Source: Staphylococcus phage Machias
Length of the DNA stretch: 64,000 nucleotides
Reading direction: 5' to 3' (one strand)
Sequence record: MW349128.1
Both the position numbers and the translations under genes were made by a program. This document shows positions 19,401-28,949 of the stretch, piece by piece; positions within the stretch are counted from its first letter, which is position 1; each line of letters starts with the position of its first letter. The notes under the pieces were generated by a model, which saw only the letters and a list, made by a program, of their open reading frames with translations, made no database searches and had not been told where the DNA came from.

Positions 19401-22200
19401 CAGCTTTTTTAATTAAACCACCAAAACCTTCAGATTTTTCTTCCATCATACTATCAGTAGAATCACCAAATCCTTTAGCCATTCCAGTAGTTTTTTGTAC
19501 CATATTCATACCTAGACCAAAAGCAGGTTTTACAATTCCTTTATAAAGTCCAACTCCAGCTAATCCCATTAAAGGAACTTGAGCTAATAAAGGATTGTCT
19601 TTAATAAAACTTCCAATTAATGAAGAACTATCTTTATCACCAGTTAATTTAGAATCAACTAAAGGATCAACACTAAATTTAGCATTTTCACCGTTAGGTT
19701 GCTCTGAATCTAATTTCTCTTGTTCTTTTTTCTGTTTTGCAGGGTGATCATTAAAACCTATAAAGCTTCCTAAAGTTTTAATTGGATGTTTAAGAGATTC
19801 AATTGGATGTGCTATAGTACTCATTATTTCAGGAGCAGACAATAATATAGATAAAGGTAATCCTACACCAGTTGCGGCCAGTCCTACTCTTGAACCTACT
19901 TTCAAACCAGCTTTAACTATACCTTTACCGGCTTTAGATCTCATTAATTTACTTCCAACTTTACTTGCACCAAATTTACCTTTAGCTTTATTTCTTAGTT
20001 TAGAACGTAATCCTCTTCCAGCACCAGATAACAAAGCTCCACCAGCAGCAAATTTACCGGCAAGTGATTCACCAGCACCTATAACACTTTTACCAATTTT
20101 AGTATTAGCCATTTTACTATCTAATACTTTTCTTTTAAGTTTATCTTTATCAATATCTTTAATTTTATCTTTAGCTTTTTCTTCTATTTTATCTTTAATC
20201 TCATCTTTTAATGGATTATCTTCTTTTTCTTCTTGTTGTCTATTTACTTCAGAAGCATGAGCTTCATTACTATCTGAGATCAAAGTAGATTTTTGTTTAT
20301 CTTTATTATTTAAATTATTTCCATTATTAGAATTAGAAGAATTATTAGAATTAGAAGACTTAGTATCTTTAATATCATCCAATTTTTCTTTAATTTCATC
20401 AAATTTACTATCTTGTTTTTGACTATCTCCAGATACAATATTATTATTATCATTTTGTGAAGATTGTTGATTATTTTTTCTTACATCTAGTTTATCATTT
20501 ATTCTAGATACAATATTTTTAATTTCACTTATATCGCTATTGATAATATTAAAATTAATGTCAGAAAATTCATTGTTACCTTTAGAAGCATATGACTTAG
20601 GTTTTTGACCTTTATCATTAACTGCATTTATAGTACTTCCGCCAAGATTTTTTCTAATTGATTTAGATTTTTGATTCAATTGCATTCTAGCTTTAGTTAA
20701 ACTAGTTTTTACTTCTTTATCTTCAAATAGCTCTTCTAAAAGACTATTTACATTAGATGACTTAGTTTTAACTTTATCACTATCTTTAGAACTATTAACA
20801 TTTTCACTAATAATATTTTTTACTAATGATTTATAATCTTTAGAGTCTATATTTTTATCTTTAGCTTTACTTTCAACTCTTTTAAAGAATTCAGAACTTT
20901 CAATAGTTTTATCTATAGATTTTTTAATTTCATCATTAATAGTTTTAGATGTTTTAAAAGATCCTGAATCATAATCATAATGAATTTCTTCACCATCTTC
21001 AGAAGTTAAACCAACTATTTTAGATAAATAACCAGGAATAACTGTATTAATAGTACTATGTGTTTCAACATCAAAAGCTACTCTTTCATTTTTATTCTTT
21101 TTATTTGCTGTTGAAATTCCACCATCTATATTATTAAATAATTTATCTATAAGTTTGCTTTTCTGTTTATCTATGAAATCACGATTAGTTTTCTTCTTAT
21201 CTTCTTTATTTTCATCTTTAGTAAATACCGTTGACATATTTGTTAGCTTTTCACTAATTTTATCACTGTTTATTATATCAAAAGCTTTACCTTTAGCACT
21301 GTCTAAAAGTCCACCTTGTATGCCTTTAGTTCTACTCCCAATAATATCTTTAACTAATTCAATACCTTGTTTTTTAGCAAATTCTTTAGCTTTATCTTTA
21401 AAACCATCTGCTTGACTACCACTTAGTATATTAGAAAGAGTTATATTAGATAAGAACAAATCTTCTAAAGAATTACTATTTTTAATTTCACTTATATTTT
21501 TTACAGATGTATTATTTCTAATATCATTACTAGTTTTGATTAAACCTGTTAATCCTTCAAATAAATTCTCTCTAACATTATCATTAGTTTCTCTCATGTA
21601 ATGAAGAGTTTCCATTAAATTATTAAAACCTGTGGCATTAATTTGAGATAAATTAGATATAGAAGAAGTTAAAAGAGCAGAAGATTTAGCTGAAGATGAA
21701 TTATCATTAATTACTGTTGTTGATGAAATGACTTCAGATTTATTACTTTCTTCTTCATCAAAATCATCGAAAGAAAAATCTCCTATTTCATCATTATCTG
21801 AATTTTCATCACTCATATCAAAATCATCAAAGCTACTGAAATCAAAATCATCGCCCATATCCATTGTTCCGCCATCTAAATTGGATGATTTATTTAAAGC
21901 TCCTTTATCTATGATCGTTTCACCAGTTTTTAAAGTTCTTTTAGTACTTTTAAGAGCTTCTTTAGATAAATCTTTCCCAGTTTCAGTTAACTTCTTAAAT
22001 TGTTCTTTTCTATTATCTTTAACTTCTTTGATAGCTTTTAAAGGATTATTGTTATCAATAAGTTTTTTCATATTGTTTGATTTCATGTTATTCAAATTCT
22101 TTTTGAATTCATTATCAATGTATTTTCTAGAAGAATTAGAAGAGGAGTTCCTATTGAACTCTCTTTCTAATTTCTTATTATTAAATTTATCTTTAGCCAA
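16456..22200 (-). CDS. Giant (1914 aa) tape-measure-like virion protein with lysozyme-like and CHAP/NlpC-P60 peptidoglycan hydrolase domains
   Basis: Gly-rich hydrophobic segments typical of tape-measure proteins; GLAQWDDRKDNLKAFAEKKGKKWSDLDAQLDFMWYEL (phage tail lysozyme-like); NSFDCSSLIARSF...HVTMYIGGG (Cys/His CHAP-like); low-complexity S/G/N/D linkers. Confidence 0.75.
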   Translation of the reverse strand: MAKDKFNNKKLEREFNRNSSSNSSRKYIDNEFKKNLNNMKSNNMKKLIDNNNPLKAIKEVKDNRKEQFKKLTETGKDLSKEALKSTKRTLKTGETIIDKGALNKSSNLDGGTMDMGDDFDFSSFDDFDMSDENSDNDEIGDFSFDDFDEEESNKSEVISSTTVINDNSSSAKSSALLTSSISNLSQINATGFNNLMETLHYMRETNDNVRENLFEGLTGLIKTSNDIRNNTSVKNISEIKNSNSLEDLFLSNITLSNILSGSQADGFKDKAKEFAKKQGIELVKDIIGSRTKGIQGGLLDSAKGKAFDIINSDKISEKLTNMSTVFTKDENKEDKKKTNRDFIDKQKSKLIDKLFNNIDGGISTANKKNKNERVAFDVETHSTINTVIPGYLSKIVGLTSEDGEEIHYDYDSGSFKTSKTINDEIKKSIDKTIESSEFFKRVESKAKDKNIDSKDYKSLVKNIISENVNSSKDSDKVKTKSSNVNSLLEELFEDKEVKTSLTKARMQLNQKSKSIRKNLGGSTINAVNDKGQKPKSYASKGNNEFSDINFNIINSDISEIKNIVSRINDKLDVRKNNQQSSQNDNNNIVSGDSQKQDSKFDEIKEKLDDIKDTKSSNSNNSSNSNNGNNLNNKDKQKSTLISDSNEAHASEVNRQQEEKEDNPLKDEIKDKIEEKAKDKIKDIDKDKLKRKVLDSKMANTKIGKSVIGAGESLAGKFAAGGALLSGAGRGLRSKLRNKAKGKFGASKVGSKLMRSKAGKGIVKAGLKVGSRVGLAATGVGLPLSILLSAPEIMSTIAHPIESLKHPIKTLGSFIGFNDHPAKQKKEQEKLDSEQPNGENAKFSVDPLVDSKLTGDKDSSSLIGSFIKDNPLLAQVPLMGLAGVGLYKGIVKPAFGLGMNMVQKTTGMAKGFGDSTDSMMEEKSEGFGGLIKKAVGGASMLLMAPLAMAGKGISNMVGATSNLIQGGIGLAKNLSGFLDDKFSSHEEDMSNQSREMVEASKEELGSYQEGIEDHASERAKKEMAEMQGMSDKASKDAKKQVEESTNKTKDNIEKDVNGVMKNSPLSIMGKISEKMHKMMPNNLMSKLKKAPKKLAETMLRLSPFYSLLSKKKKKKSKKDITDPDGEVVNKIGDWFDKLGGMMNDIMAGFMAGSSGSSSSEGSSDGGAESVDGKDVASKVWNFFAEKGLEDHQIAGILGNFERESKMDPGAEQNSGWVGGKGLAQWDDRKDNLKAFAEKKGKKWSDLDAQLDFMWYELQGSESAAWSAIKKAKNVDEATVVWENLYERAGVKVIPERQSNAKKWLDKLGGSSKKSTKAKGGGSSTVYSDTNVNQFANMVSSTSNKNKKVGKTGLVLEKPTITGGVYGKGGGSGGSERDKIKQAVQWAIAQDGATYSQSNRQGKNSFDCSSLIARSFKKAGLEMDINATTFTFRDGGTKFRKISKGTKKKIGDITLCDNDNHVTMYIGGGKQVESYYGHGVAVTPANKYQKMGLQIGITMRYGGGGPDDTGKPLDGSDKIGGSDSEGGDSNGSSAGASEYSFKNGTWYGSITGRDDNRMDEEEQEALNDRLMKRYARIYGIDYEEAKKIDEEQQAELKAKAGKEATESGSSSGSSSSSDDSEGSSGKDGSDGKDGKDGSSPSYSSGADGNNQSSSGSQGNVNNNQNNSSIINNGGNNSSTVINNNYNNGKPTTNNNSITNQTIQGNNNTVRNIYNITNNYNNSKVNYENKGPMKVDPQKRMDLDNIIKHTSNIDKNTAKMLEQLKDMSFKGKNINKDGNTTNISNTIINNKGDLVDSKGNVIIKDIQKELEKIIKENPNIINNGKDGQNGSNGNNGSNGSNGSNGNNSNNNGNDNQSNPNNPNNPNNPNDPNNPYTPDGSSQDPSTGNQDLQEAIRDSYGDRFVIDVRPAIPVFSGK
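16560..16740 (-). repeat. Short tandem repeats (CCATTAGAWCCATTAGAACC-type units) encoding (GSN)n and (PNN)n
   Basis: Visible 9/15-nt periodicity; protein C-terminus GSNGNNGSNGSNGSNGNNSNNNGNDNQSNPNNPNNPNNPNDPNNP. Confidence 0.5.
17300..17620. repeat. ~300-bp dispersed repeat copy A, shared between the two giant genes (partner at 22680-22940)
   Basis: ~85-90% nucleotide identity; encodes EYSFKNGTWYGSITGRDD(N/R)RMDEEEQE(A/E)LNDRLMKRYA(R/K)IYGIDYEEAKKID... in both proteins. Confidence 0.6.
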
Positions 22201-22221
22201 TTTTTATTCTCACCACTCTTT

Positions 22222-25200
22222 TTATTTTAATTCTTCTAAAAGTCTATCTAATTCTTTAGTAGAAGCTAATGTATTTCTATCTATATTTGACAACATTTTA
22301 ACGAGGTCATCTGAATACCAATATTGCTCATAATCATATATATAATCTGTATTACCATTAGTTACAGTTGAATTTTTATAATTATTTACAATTTTATTAT
22401 AATGATTTGTAGTTTTATTTTTACCTTTTACAAATTCTTGTTTTACATCGGTATTATTAACAGTACTTCCTTGACCTTGATTATAATTATTATTTGTTGT
22501 ATTATTACTTGTATTACCTTGATTATTTTGTGTTGATTTATTACTATTAGAAAAACCACTATTCTCTAATGTTGGTAATTGGAAACCATTACCTAATTTA
22601 GAAATTTGACTACCTGCTTTTTCAATATTTTCTTTAGCTTTATCCTTAGAAGAACTTGCAGAAGATCCAGAATCTTTATCGTCTCCATCTTTAGATGAAC
22701 TTGATCCGCTTGAAGATCCAGACTCAGTAGCTTCTTTACCTGCTTTAGCTTTAAGCTCTTCTTGTTGTTCTTTATCTATTTTCTTAGCTTCTTCATAGTC
22801 AATTCCATAGATTTTAGCATAACGTTTCATTAAACGATCATTAAGCTCTTCTTGTTCTTCTTCATCCATTCTTCTATCATCTCTACCGGTAATAGAACCA
22901 TACCAAGTACCATTTTTGAAACTGTATTCTCCGGCTCCGGAACCTGAAGAAGAATCAGAACTATCACTATCAGAAGATTCACCATCTTCATCTTTAGAAA
23001 CTTTAGATTCAGATCCTTTTTCATCTTCATCTTTATTATCTTTTTTATCAGCTTTAGATTTTTCTTTTTCTACTTCTTTATCAATTTTTTCTTCTGCTTT
23101 TTTATCATCAGAAGAACCTCCACCACCAATATAAGGATTTACATACATTTTTATTAAATCTACTAATATCATTCTACCTTTATTAGTTGGCATATAACCA
23201 TCTTCTTTAACTAAAACAGAATTAGCTTTACTAAACCAGTCAATTATATTAGCTGCACTAGCATTAATTGATTCATTGACTGCATTCATCAAATCAGTTA
23301 AATCTAAACTAGTACCGTTTTTATTACTATTGAAATAAGTATTAACGAAATATACATTAGCTTTATCATACATATTCTGTATTTCTGATATTTCTCCTGT
23401 AGATAATCCTCCGTTTAAACCTAATTGGATGACTATTGCTACACCTGTTCTGTTATACTCATCAATATTATTCTGTAATATTCTTCTACCAGATTCAGAT
23501 CCACCAGAATATTGTTTCCCTACAGAAGCTTCTATTTTAGCACCTTTAATTTTAATTCTAAGATCATTTGAAGCATCTTTAGTTATTTCATCACCTATAA
23601 TCAAAATTTTATTAAATTGATTTGATGATCTTAATATTCCAGTTTGTTTTTTCTCTTTACTTTCTTTAATTGCATTAAATACTTTATTTACTTTTTTAGC
23701 TTTTTCTTTAACTTTATAATCATCTTGCTTATTGATTCTATTTATTTGTGTATTAATTTTATCTTGCTCTCTCTTTTGTTGAGCAATTTCTTTTCTTCGG
23801 TTCTGCATATCTTGGATGCTTTTCTTCTTAAGTTGTCTTTGCATAGATACAGAATTCATATCACCTACTAGTGAATGACCTCCACCTTTATCTTTTTCAC
23901 CTTTTTTACTACTTCCACCTTTAGAACTACTCTTATCGTCATCATCATCTGAACCTTTACCTTTTACTTTAGCAAATACATAAGGTGCTGGATCAATTGC
24001 AGTTTCATTTGAAGGTCTTCCTTTCATGACCTGGAAGTGCATATGTGGTGCAGTAGTTTGAGCCCCTGTATTACCAGAGACGGCAATTTTTTGACCTACT
24101 CCTACTTTATCACCTTTTTTAGCAGTTATTTTACTATTATGCATATACCAAGTGTAGATACTACCGTTTTTGACCTCAACGATATTACCTCCACCAACGT
24201 CTTTAATTATATTACTTACTGTACCAGGTACAATAGCTAATATATCTGTTCCTGTAGGCATACCAATATCTATACCCCAGTGTTTTGAACTTCCGTTAAA
24301 TGATAGTCCTTGATAATTACCAAATGGTTGCCAGAATTGGTGTTTCTTAATCCAAGCACCTGCAGCATTATCAGGTATTTTATTCAATACAGATTGTGAT
24401 GTAATAGAAGGTGCATTTTTATCTATTTCAATTTCATCACCTTGTAATTGTCCACTACTGCTACCTGATGAAGATGATGAATCTCCACCTGAACTAGAGT
24501 TTTTCATTTTAGACATGGCAACTACCATTTCTTCCATTTTAACTAAGAAACGTGCAAACCAATCACCAATTTCTCCTCCACCTTTAGTAGAGAAATCTAT
24601 TCCACCTTTTGCAATTTGATATAAACTACCTAAAGGAGTATCATAGAACATATTTTCTTGTATTTCTTCTTCAGCTTTAGGACCTGACTTCATTTTATTA
24701 TCAGTTATTGTTTTAAACATATCTCCACCAACTTTTGAAATTGGGAATAAAGGAGATGATCTAAACATCATTTTAGAAGTAGATAATATTAATCTTCCTA
24801 AACCTGTTTCATCTTCATTTTCTTTTTCTTCTTTTTCTCTAGCCTCAAGATTATCTCCTGGGTGTTTAGACAATCCGAAAAAGCTTCCTAAAGTTTTAAT
24901 TGGATGTTTAAGAGATTCAATAGGATGTTTTATAGTTTTGATAATATCTGGTGCCCACATTGCCGCACCTATAATAGGACCAACAATAGGTATAAAAGGT
25001 AATGCTGTTTTTAGACCAGCTTTTAAAGCAAATTTTCCAGCAGCTTTCATACCGCCTTTACTGAATAATTTATTTTTAGCTTTACCTAAGAATCCAAAAG
25101 TTTTTTTACCCCCATTTTTTATAGAGCTAAATATACCTTTACCTATAGAACTAGCTTTTTTAAAACCTTTACCTAAAAATTTACCCGTTTTAGTTAATCC

Positions 25201-28146
25201 CTTAACTGCAAATGATTTTACTTTAGGTAACTTTTTAGCACCCCATTTTACTACAGATGCACCTGTATTGAATGCACCTTTACCAAATTTAACAGTTTTA
25301 TTGAATACACCTTTACCAAATTTAACAGTTTTTCCAAATATATTTTTACCTAAATTTCCAATACCTTTTATTAAATTTTTAGTTTTCCCATAAAAGTTCT
25401 TTCCTATATCTACAACTTTACCAATAGCACCTTTAACTTTACCAGGTAGTCCTCTAACTACATCAAGCATTTTCATTGCACCTTCAGGTAAGAATTTCTT
25501 TAGTATCTTAGGTAAGAATTTTGCTGCTATAGCACCTCCACCTAACATTAAACCAGCTTTACCTAAAAATCCTAATCCTGTTCCAACACTACCCATTAGA
25601 CCTTTTTCTTGATCTTTTTTCCTTTTACCGTTCATTAATTTAGCCAAAACAGTAGCAGATAGTCCTGCAAAAGCAATTGTTCCTGGTTTACTAAAATCTA
25701 ACATTGAGTTCATTAATTTCTTAGTACCTGTTTCTTTTTCAGCTGCTCCACCAGAGCCAAATTTAAGAGTTCCTCTTAAATCTTCAGCAACCTTTGTTTT
25801 ACTAGATCCTGATAATTTTGATATAACGTCTTCACCAGTCTCAGCAGCATTTGCAGTTGATAAACCTTTTTTCATTTCATCTAATTTTTTATTATCATCA
25901 GATTGATTCATGTCGTTTATCATAGTTTTACTTTGCTTAGGATAAGCAGTGCTAATTAAATTTTCAAGATATTTTCTAGCTTTAGATTGCTTTTCTTCTC
26001 TAGATAAATCATCAATACTTTTAGTTGGTTCTTTATTTAAATCAACTTTATTATTACTCTGAGGTCCTTTAATATTCTTTATTAAATTCATTAAAGGATG
26101 ATTATCTGTATAGTTATTATCTATGATACCAGAATTATGATCTTCATTATTACCATTATTATTAGTGTTTTCTCTTAAAATAGATGAAGGATCTTTACGC
26201 ATATCATTAAATTTATTAACAGAACTTGATAGTTTACCTAATTTGTCTTGAACTGATTTTGTTTTTTCATTAGATAAATAACTAGGTAAATTAAACTTAC
26301 TAGACGAATCTATAATACTATTAATTTTTCCTATTTTATCATTTACATAATCTTTATTATTGCTTATATTTTCTGGATTAATATCGTCTAATTTACTTTC
26401 TATTTCTAAGAATAATTTTTTAAGTTCATCAAGATCATCATTCTTCCATTCGATATCAGAATAATCTTTAACTTCATTAATTTTATTTACTCTAGCAGAA
26501 CTTGATTGAGTTTCATTATTTCTTCTTTTTAATCCTTTAATATCTGTAAATGACATTAATGTTGAATCATCTTTACCAATCTTGTTATACTCAGAGCCTA
26601 TTGATTTCTTAATATTAAAAAGATCAATATTAAATTTAGATATATCATTATTGAAAATATTTTCAATAATATCTGAATAATTTATATCCTTAGTATGCTT
26701 AGATAATTCATCTTTATTTTTTACTGGTTTATTAATTTTACTTAAAGAGAGTAAGATATCTTTAATTTCTTCATCTTCAATACCATTATCAGATAAATCT
26801 TTTCCTAATTTAGTATCTTTAAAATTAAATAATGATTTTTCTTTTAATTTATCATTTATATTTTTTCTAGTATTCTCTCTACTATCCCAAGTTCCTTCAG
26901 AATAGTTATATATACTACCTAATTCACTATTATTAACTAAACCGTTAGATTTTCCTTCTCTTTTAGCAATTAGGTTACCTTGTAATCTAGATAAAAGATC
27001 TGGTATAGCTTTATTAATAGAAGTATGACTTTCCCTATCAAATTGAACCGGAGTACTTTTATCTCTTTTATTCTTAGTTGATATTGTTCCATCACTTAAA
27101 ACGTTATCTTTTAAATTTCCGATTCTTTTATTAAGTGCTTCACCTAAATTAGAAATATATTTATTATCATTACCTTTAAGTTTATCTAAGGTATTTGATA
27201 ACCTTCCTTCATCATCAGTCAGTTCACTTACTAATAAAGAACCTAAATTATTAGGATCAAATTTTCTATTAAGTCTACTAAATATACCTTTATTTTCAAC
27301 ATCATCTGGATCGTATCCTGAAGTACTTCCATACATCAATTTCTTCATGCCCATTTGAGCACCTGTAGTTAATGCTAATTCAATAGGATTTTTTGCAAAT
27401 CCCATTAATATATTCTTAAGTCCTTCAGAACCACCTAACATACTTATCATTGAATTATTTTCAATATTTGTTTTATTATCTAAATATTTTAATAAACTTA
27501 TATTGCCATTAAGTATCTCAAATAGTTTACTTTGTTTTCCTCTTTTAGTGTTTTCTTCAAGTAAGGTATTTTGATATATAGAACTCTGTATTGATGCTAA
27601 ATTCGATACAGCTGAATTCATTAAAGTACTTGTAGCCTCATTTGATATCGCTAAATTTCTTAAAGCTATATTAGTTCCTGTAAAACCTTTTTGGTTAATC
27701 GTAGCGAGATTATTAAAAGCAATTAAAGGGGAATTTACTAGACTAGATTTCTTTTTATCTGAAACATTTATTATTTCAGATTTTGTACCATCATCATTAT
27801 CAATTATTTCAGTAATTGTTTCATACTCAGGTTTAGAATTTGATAGTTCTTCACTTTCTTCTGAAAATATATCATTTTCTTTTGAACTAGATTTAATGCT
27901 TTTTATTAAATTCTTAGTGGAAGATTTAATTTCAGAAACGTTTTTAATTCTTCTTTCTTCTTTATTCATTAAATTTAATCCATCAGAACCAATAACACTA
28001 TCTAATGCTGGATTTGATTTAATAAATGCATTGAAAAGAATACGACTAGTATTTTTAGAAGCATTTTTAATTATCTCTGATTTATTATTTTTTTCTAGCC
28101 TCTTTATATTCTTTTTATTATTATCCATTACTTTTAATTTCACCAC
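22222..28146 (-). CDS. Giant (1974 aa) tape-measure-like virion protein with M23 peptidase and SGNH/GDSL-like hydrolase domains
   Basis: HWGIDIGMPTGTDILA...HMHFQV (M23 HxxxD/HxH); ILIIGDEITKD...GLNGG (SGNH-like); Gly-rich hydrophobic segments; shares IIKTIKHPIESLKHPIKTLGSF and the EYSFKNGTWYGSITGRDD module with the neighbouring giant gene. Confidence 0.75.
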   Translation of the reverse strand: MVKLKVMDNNKKNIKRLEKNNKSEIIKNASKNTSRILFNAFIKSNPALDSVIGSDGLNLMNKEERRIKNVSEIKSSTKNLIKSIKSSSKENDIFSEESEELSNSKPEYETITEIIDNDDGTKSEIINVSDKKKSSLVNSPLIAFNNLATINQKGFTGTNIALRNLAISNEATSTLMNSAVSNLASIQSSIYQNTLLEENTKRGKQSKLFEILNGNISLLKYLDNKTNIENNSMISMLGGSEGLKNILMGFAKNPIELALTTGAQMGMKKLMYGSTSGYDPDDVENKGIFSRLNRKFDPNNLGSLLVSELTDDEGRLSNTLDKLKGNDNKYISNLGEALNKRIGNLKDNVLSDGTISTKNKRDKSTPVQFDRESHTSINKAIPDLLSRLQGNLIAKREGKSNGLVNNSELGSIYNYSEGTWDSRENTRKNINDKLKEKSLFNFKDTKLGKDLSDNGIEDEEIKDILLSLSKINKPVKNKDELSKHTKDINYSDIIENIFNNDISKFNIDLFNIKKSIGSEYNKIGKDDSTLMSFTDIKGLKRRNNETQSSSARVNKINEVKDYSDIEWKNDDLDELKKLFLEIESKLDDINPENISNNKDYVNDKIGKINSIIDSSSKFNLPSYLSNEKTKSVQDKLGKLSSSVNKFNDMRKDPSSILRENTNNNGNNEDHNSGIIDNNYTDNHPLMNLIKNIKGPQSNNKVDLNKEPTKSIDDLSREEKQSKARKYLENLISTAYPKQSKTMINDMNQSDDNKKLDEMKKGLSTANAAETGEDVISKLSGSSKTKVAEDLRGTLKFGSGGAAEKETGTKKLMNSMLDFSKPGTIAFAGLSATVLAKLMNGKRKKDQEKGLMGSVGTGLGFLGKAGLMLGGGAIAAKFLPKILKKFLPEGAMKMLDVVRGLPGKVKGAIGKVVDIGKNFYGKTKNLIKGIGNLGKNIFGKTVKFGKGVFNKTVKFGKGAFNTGASVVKWGAKKLPKVKSFAVKGLTKTGKFLGKGFKKASSIGKGIFSSIKNGGKKTFGFLGKAKNKLFSKGGMKAAGKFALKAGLKTALPFIPIVGPIIGAAMWAPDIIKTIKHPIESLKHPIKTLGSFFGLSKHPGDNLEAREKEEKENEDETGLGRLILSTSKMMFRSSPLFPISKVGGDMFKTITDNKMKSGPKAEEEIQENMFYDTPLGSLYQIAKGGIDFSTKGGGEIGDWFARFLVKMEEMVVAMSKMKNSSSGGDSSSSSGSSSGQLQGDEIEIDKNAPSITSQSVLNKIPDNAAGAWIKKHQFWQPFGNYQGLSFNGSSKHWGIDIGMPTGTDILAIVPGTVSNIIKDVGGGNIVEVKNGSIYTWYMHNSKITAKKGDKVGVGQKIAVSGNTGAQTTAPHMHFQVMKGRPSNETAIDPAPYVFAKVKGKGSDDDDDKSSSKGGSSKKGEKDKGGGHSLVGDMNSVSMQRQLKKKSIQDMQNRRKEIAQQKREQDKINTQINRINKQDDYKVKEKAKKVNKVFNAIKESKEKKQTGILRSSNQFNKILIIGDEITKDASNDLRIKIKGAKIEASVGKQYSGGSESGRRILQNNIDEYNRTGVAIVIQLGLNGGLSTGEISEIQNMYDKANVYFVNTYFNSNKNGTSLDLTDLMNAVNESINASAANIIDWFSKANSVLVKEDGYMPTNKGRMILVDLIKMYVNPYIGGGGSSDDKKAEEKIDKEVEKEKSKADKKDNKDEDEKGSESKVSKDEDGESSDSDSSDSSSGSGAGEYSFKNGTWYGSITGRDDRRMDEEEQEELNDRLMKRYAKIYGIDYEEAKKIDKEQQEELKAKAGKEATESGSSSGSSSSKDGDDKDSGSSASSSKDKAKENIEKAGSQISKLGNGFQLPTLENSGFSNSNKSTQNNQGNTSNNTTNNNYNQGQGSTVNNTDVKQEFVKGKNKTTNHYNKIVNNYKNSTVTNGNTDYIYDYEQYWYSDDLVKMLSNIDRNTLASTKELDRLLEELK
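22680..22940. repeat. ~300-bp dispersed repeat copy B (partner at 17300-17620)
   Basis: Same as copy A. Confidence 0.6.
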
Positions 28147-28204
28147 CGCTCATATTTTCTTAATACAAATATGTTCCATCAAGTTATATGATTTGATAAT
28201 AATT

Positions 28205-28268
28205 TACAAAAAAAAACAAAAATTTCCCTAACACAAATACTCCATTTAAGGAATATAAGTGTTAGGGA
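28205..28268 (-). terminator. Terminator-like hairpin for the minus-strand gene 28275-28937
   Basis: TCCCTAACAC...GTGTTAGGGA inverted repeat with a T-run on the minus strand (aatttttgttttttttt). Confidence 0.5.
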
Positions 28269-28274
28269 AAATAA

Positions 28275-28937
28275 TTATTTATTTTTAACTACTTCTTGAA
28301 TTTTATCTAATACTAAATCTACATCTTTTTCTAAAGATAATTTTTCAAATAACATAGTTAATAAGAAATCTATTGTTTTATGGTTAATAAAGAAAATAGA
28401 ACCAATAATATGATTCATTTCTTTTTTACTGACTTTTTTATTTTCTTGATGATATTTTCTATTAGGTGTTAATCTTCTTATATGACCACCATTATTAACC
28501 ACTGTTTTACTTACAGAATCAATTATTGTTTGATAGAATTTATCATCACTAACTTTTTCACCTGTATTTAATACAAAATCTTTACTGAAATTTAAATCAT
28601 TTAATTCTATTACATATTTGTATTCTAAATTATACTTCTCAATCAAAGTAGAATTTATAGAAACAAAATAAAGAATTATATCTAATAATTCAAGAGAAGC
28701 TAATGAAGTTAATTCATAGCGTTCCTTAATATTATCAGTCTTTAATAAATTATACATTTCAATATTAAACTCATAAGATTCTTCAATTATTTGAGGTAAA
28801 AATCTATCAATCATTTGATGTAATTCTTCGTCACCAAAATCATAACGTTTAATTACATCAATATGATTTAAATATAGATTCTCTATATTAATATTAATAC
28901 TTCTTTTCTTATTGTAAAAATGCTTCATTAATATCAT
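28275..28937 (-). CDS. hypothetical protein (220 aa) upstream of the tape-measure-like genes (possible tail assembly chaperone position)
   Basis: ORF; function assigned by synteny only. Confidence 0.45.
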   Translation of the reverse strand: MILMKHFYNKKRSININIENLYLNHIDVIKRYDFGDEELHQMIDRFLPQIIEESYEFNIEMYNLLKTDNIKERYELTSLASLELLDIILYFVSINSTLIEKYNLEYKYVIELNDLNFSKDFVLNTGEKVSDDKFYQTIIDSVSKTVVNNGGHIRRLTPNRKYHQENKKVSKKEMNHIIGSIFFINHKTIDFLLTMLFEKLSLEKDVDLVLDKIQEVVKNK

Positions 28938-28949
28938 CCAATCTATTTA

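Noticed and set aside
21155-25393. Plus-strand ORFs inside the giant minus-strand genes (21155-21415, 21728-22333, 22830-23030, 22916-23134, 23429-23620, 23644-23871, 24037-24240, 24938-25393, 27896-28231)
   Set aside because: These are antisense or alternative-frame ORFs of long genes in AT-rich DNA. They have no RBS and low-complexity products.
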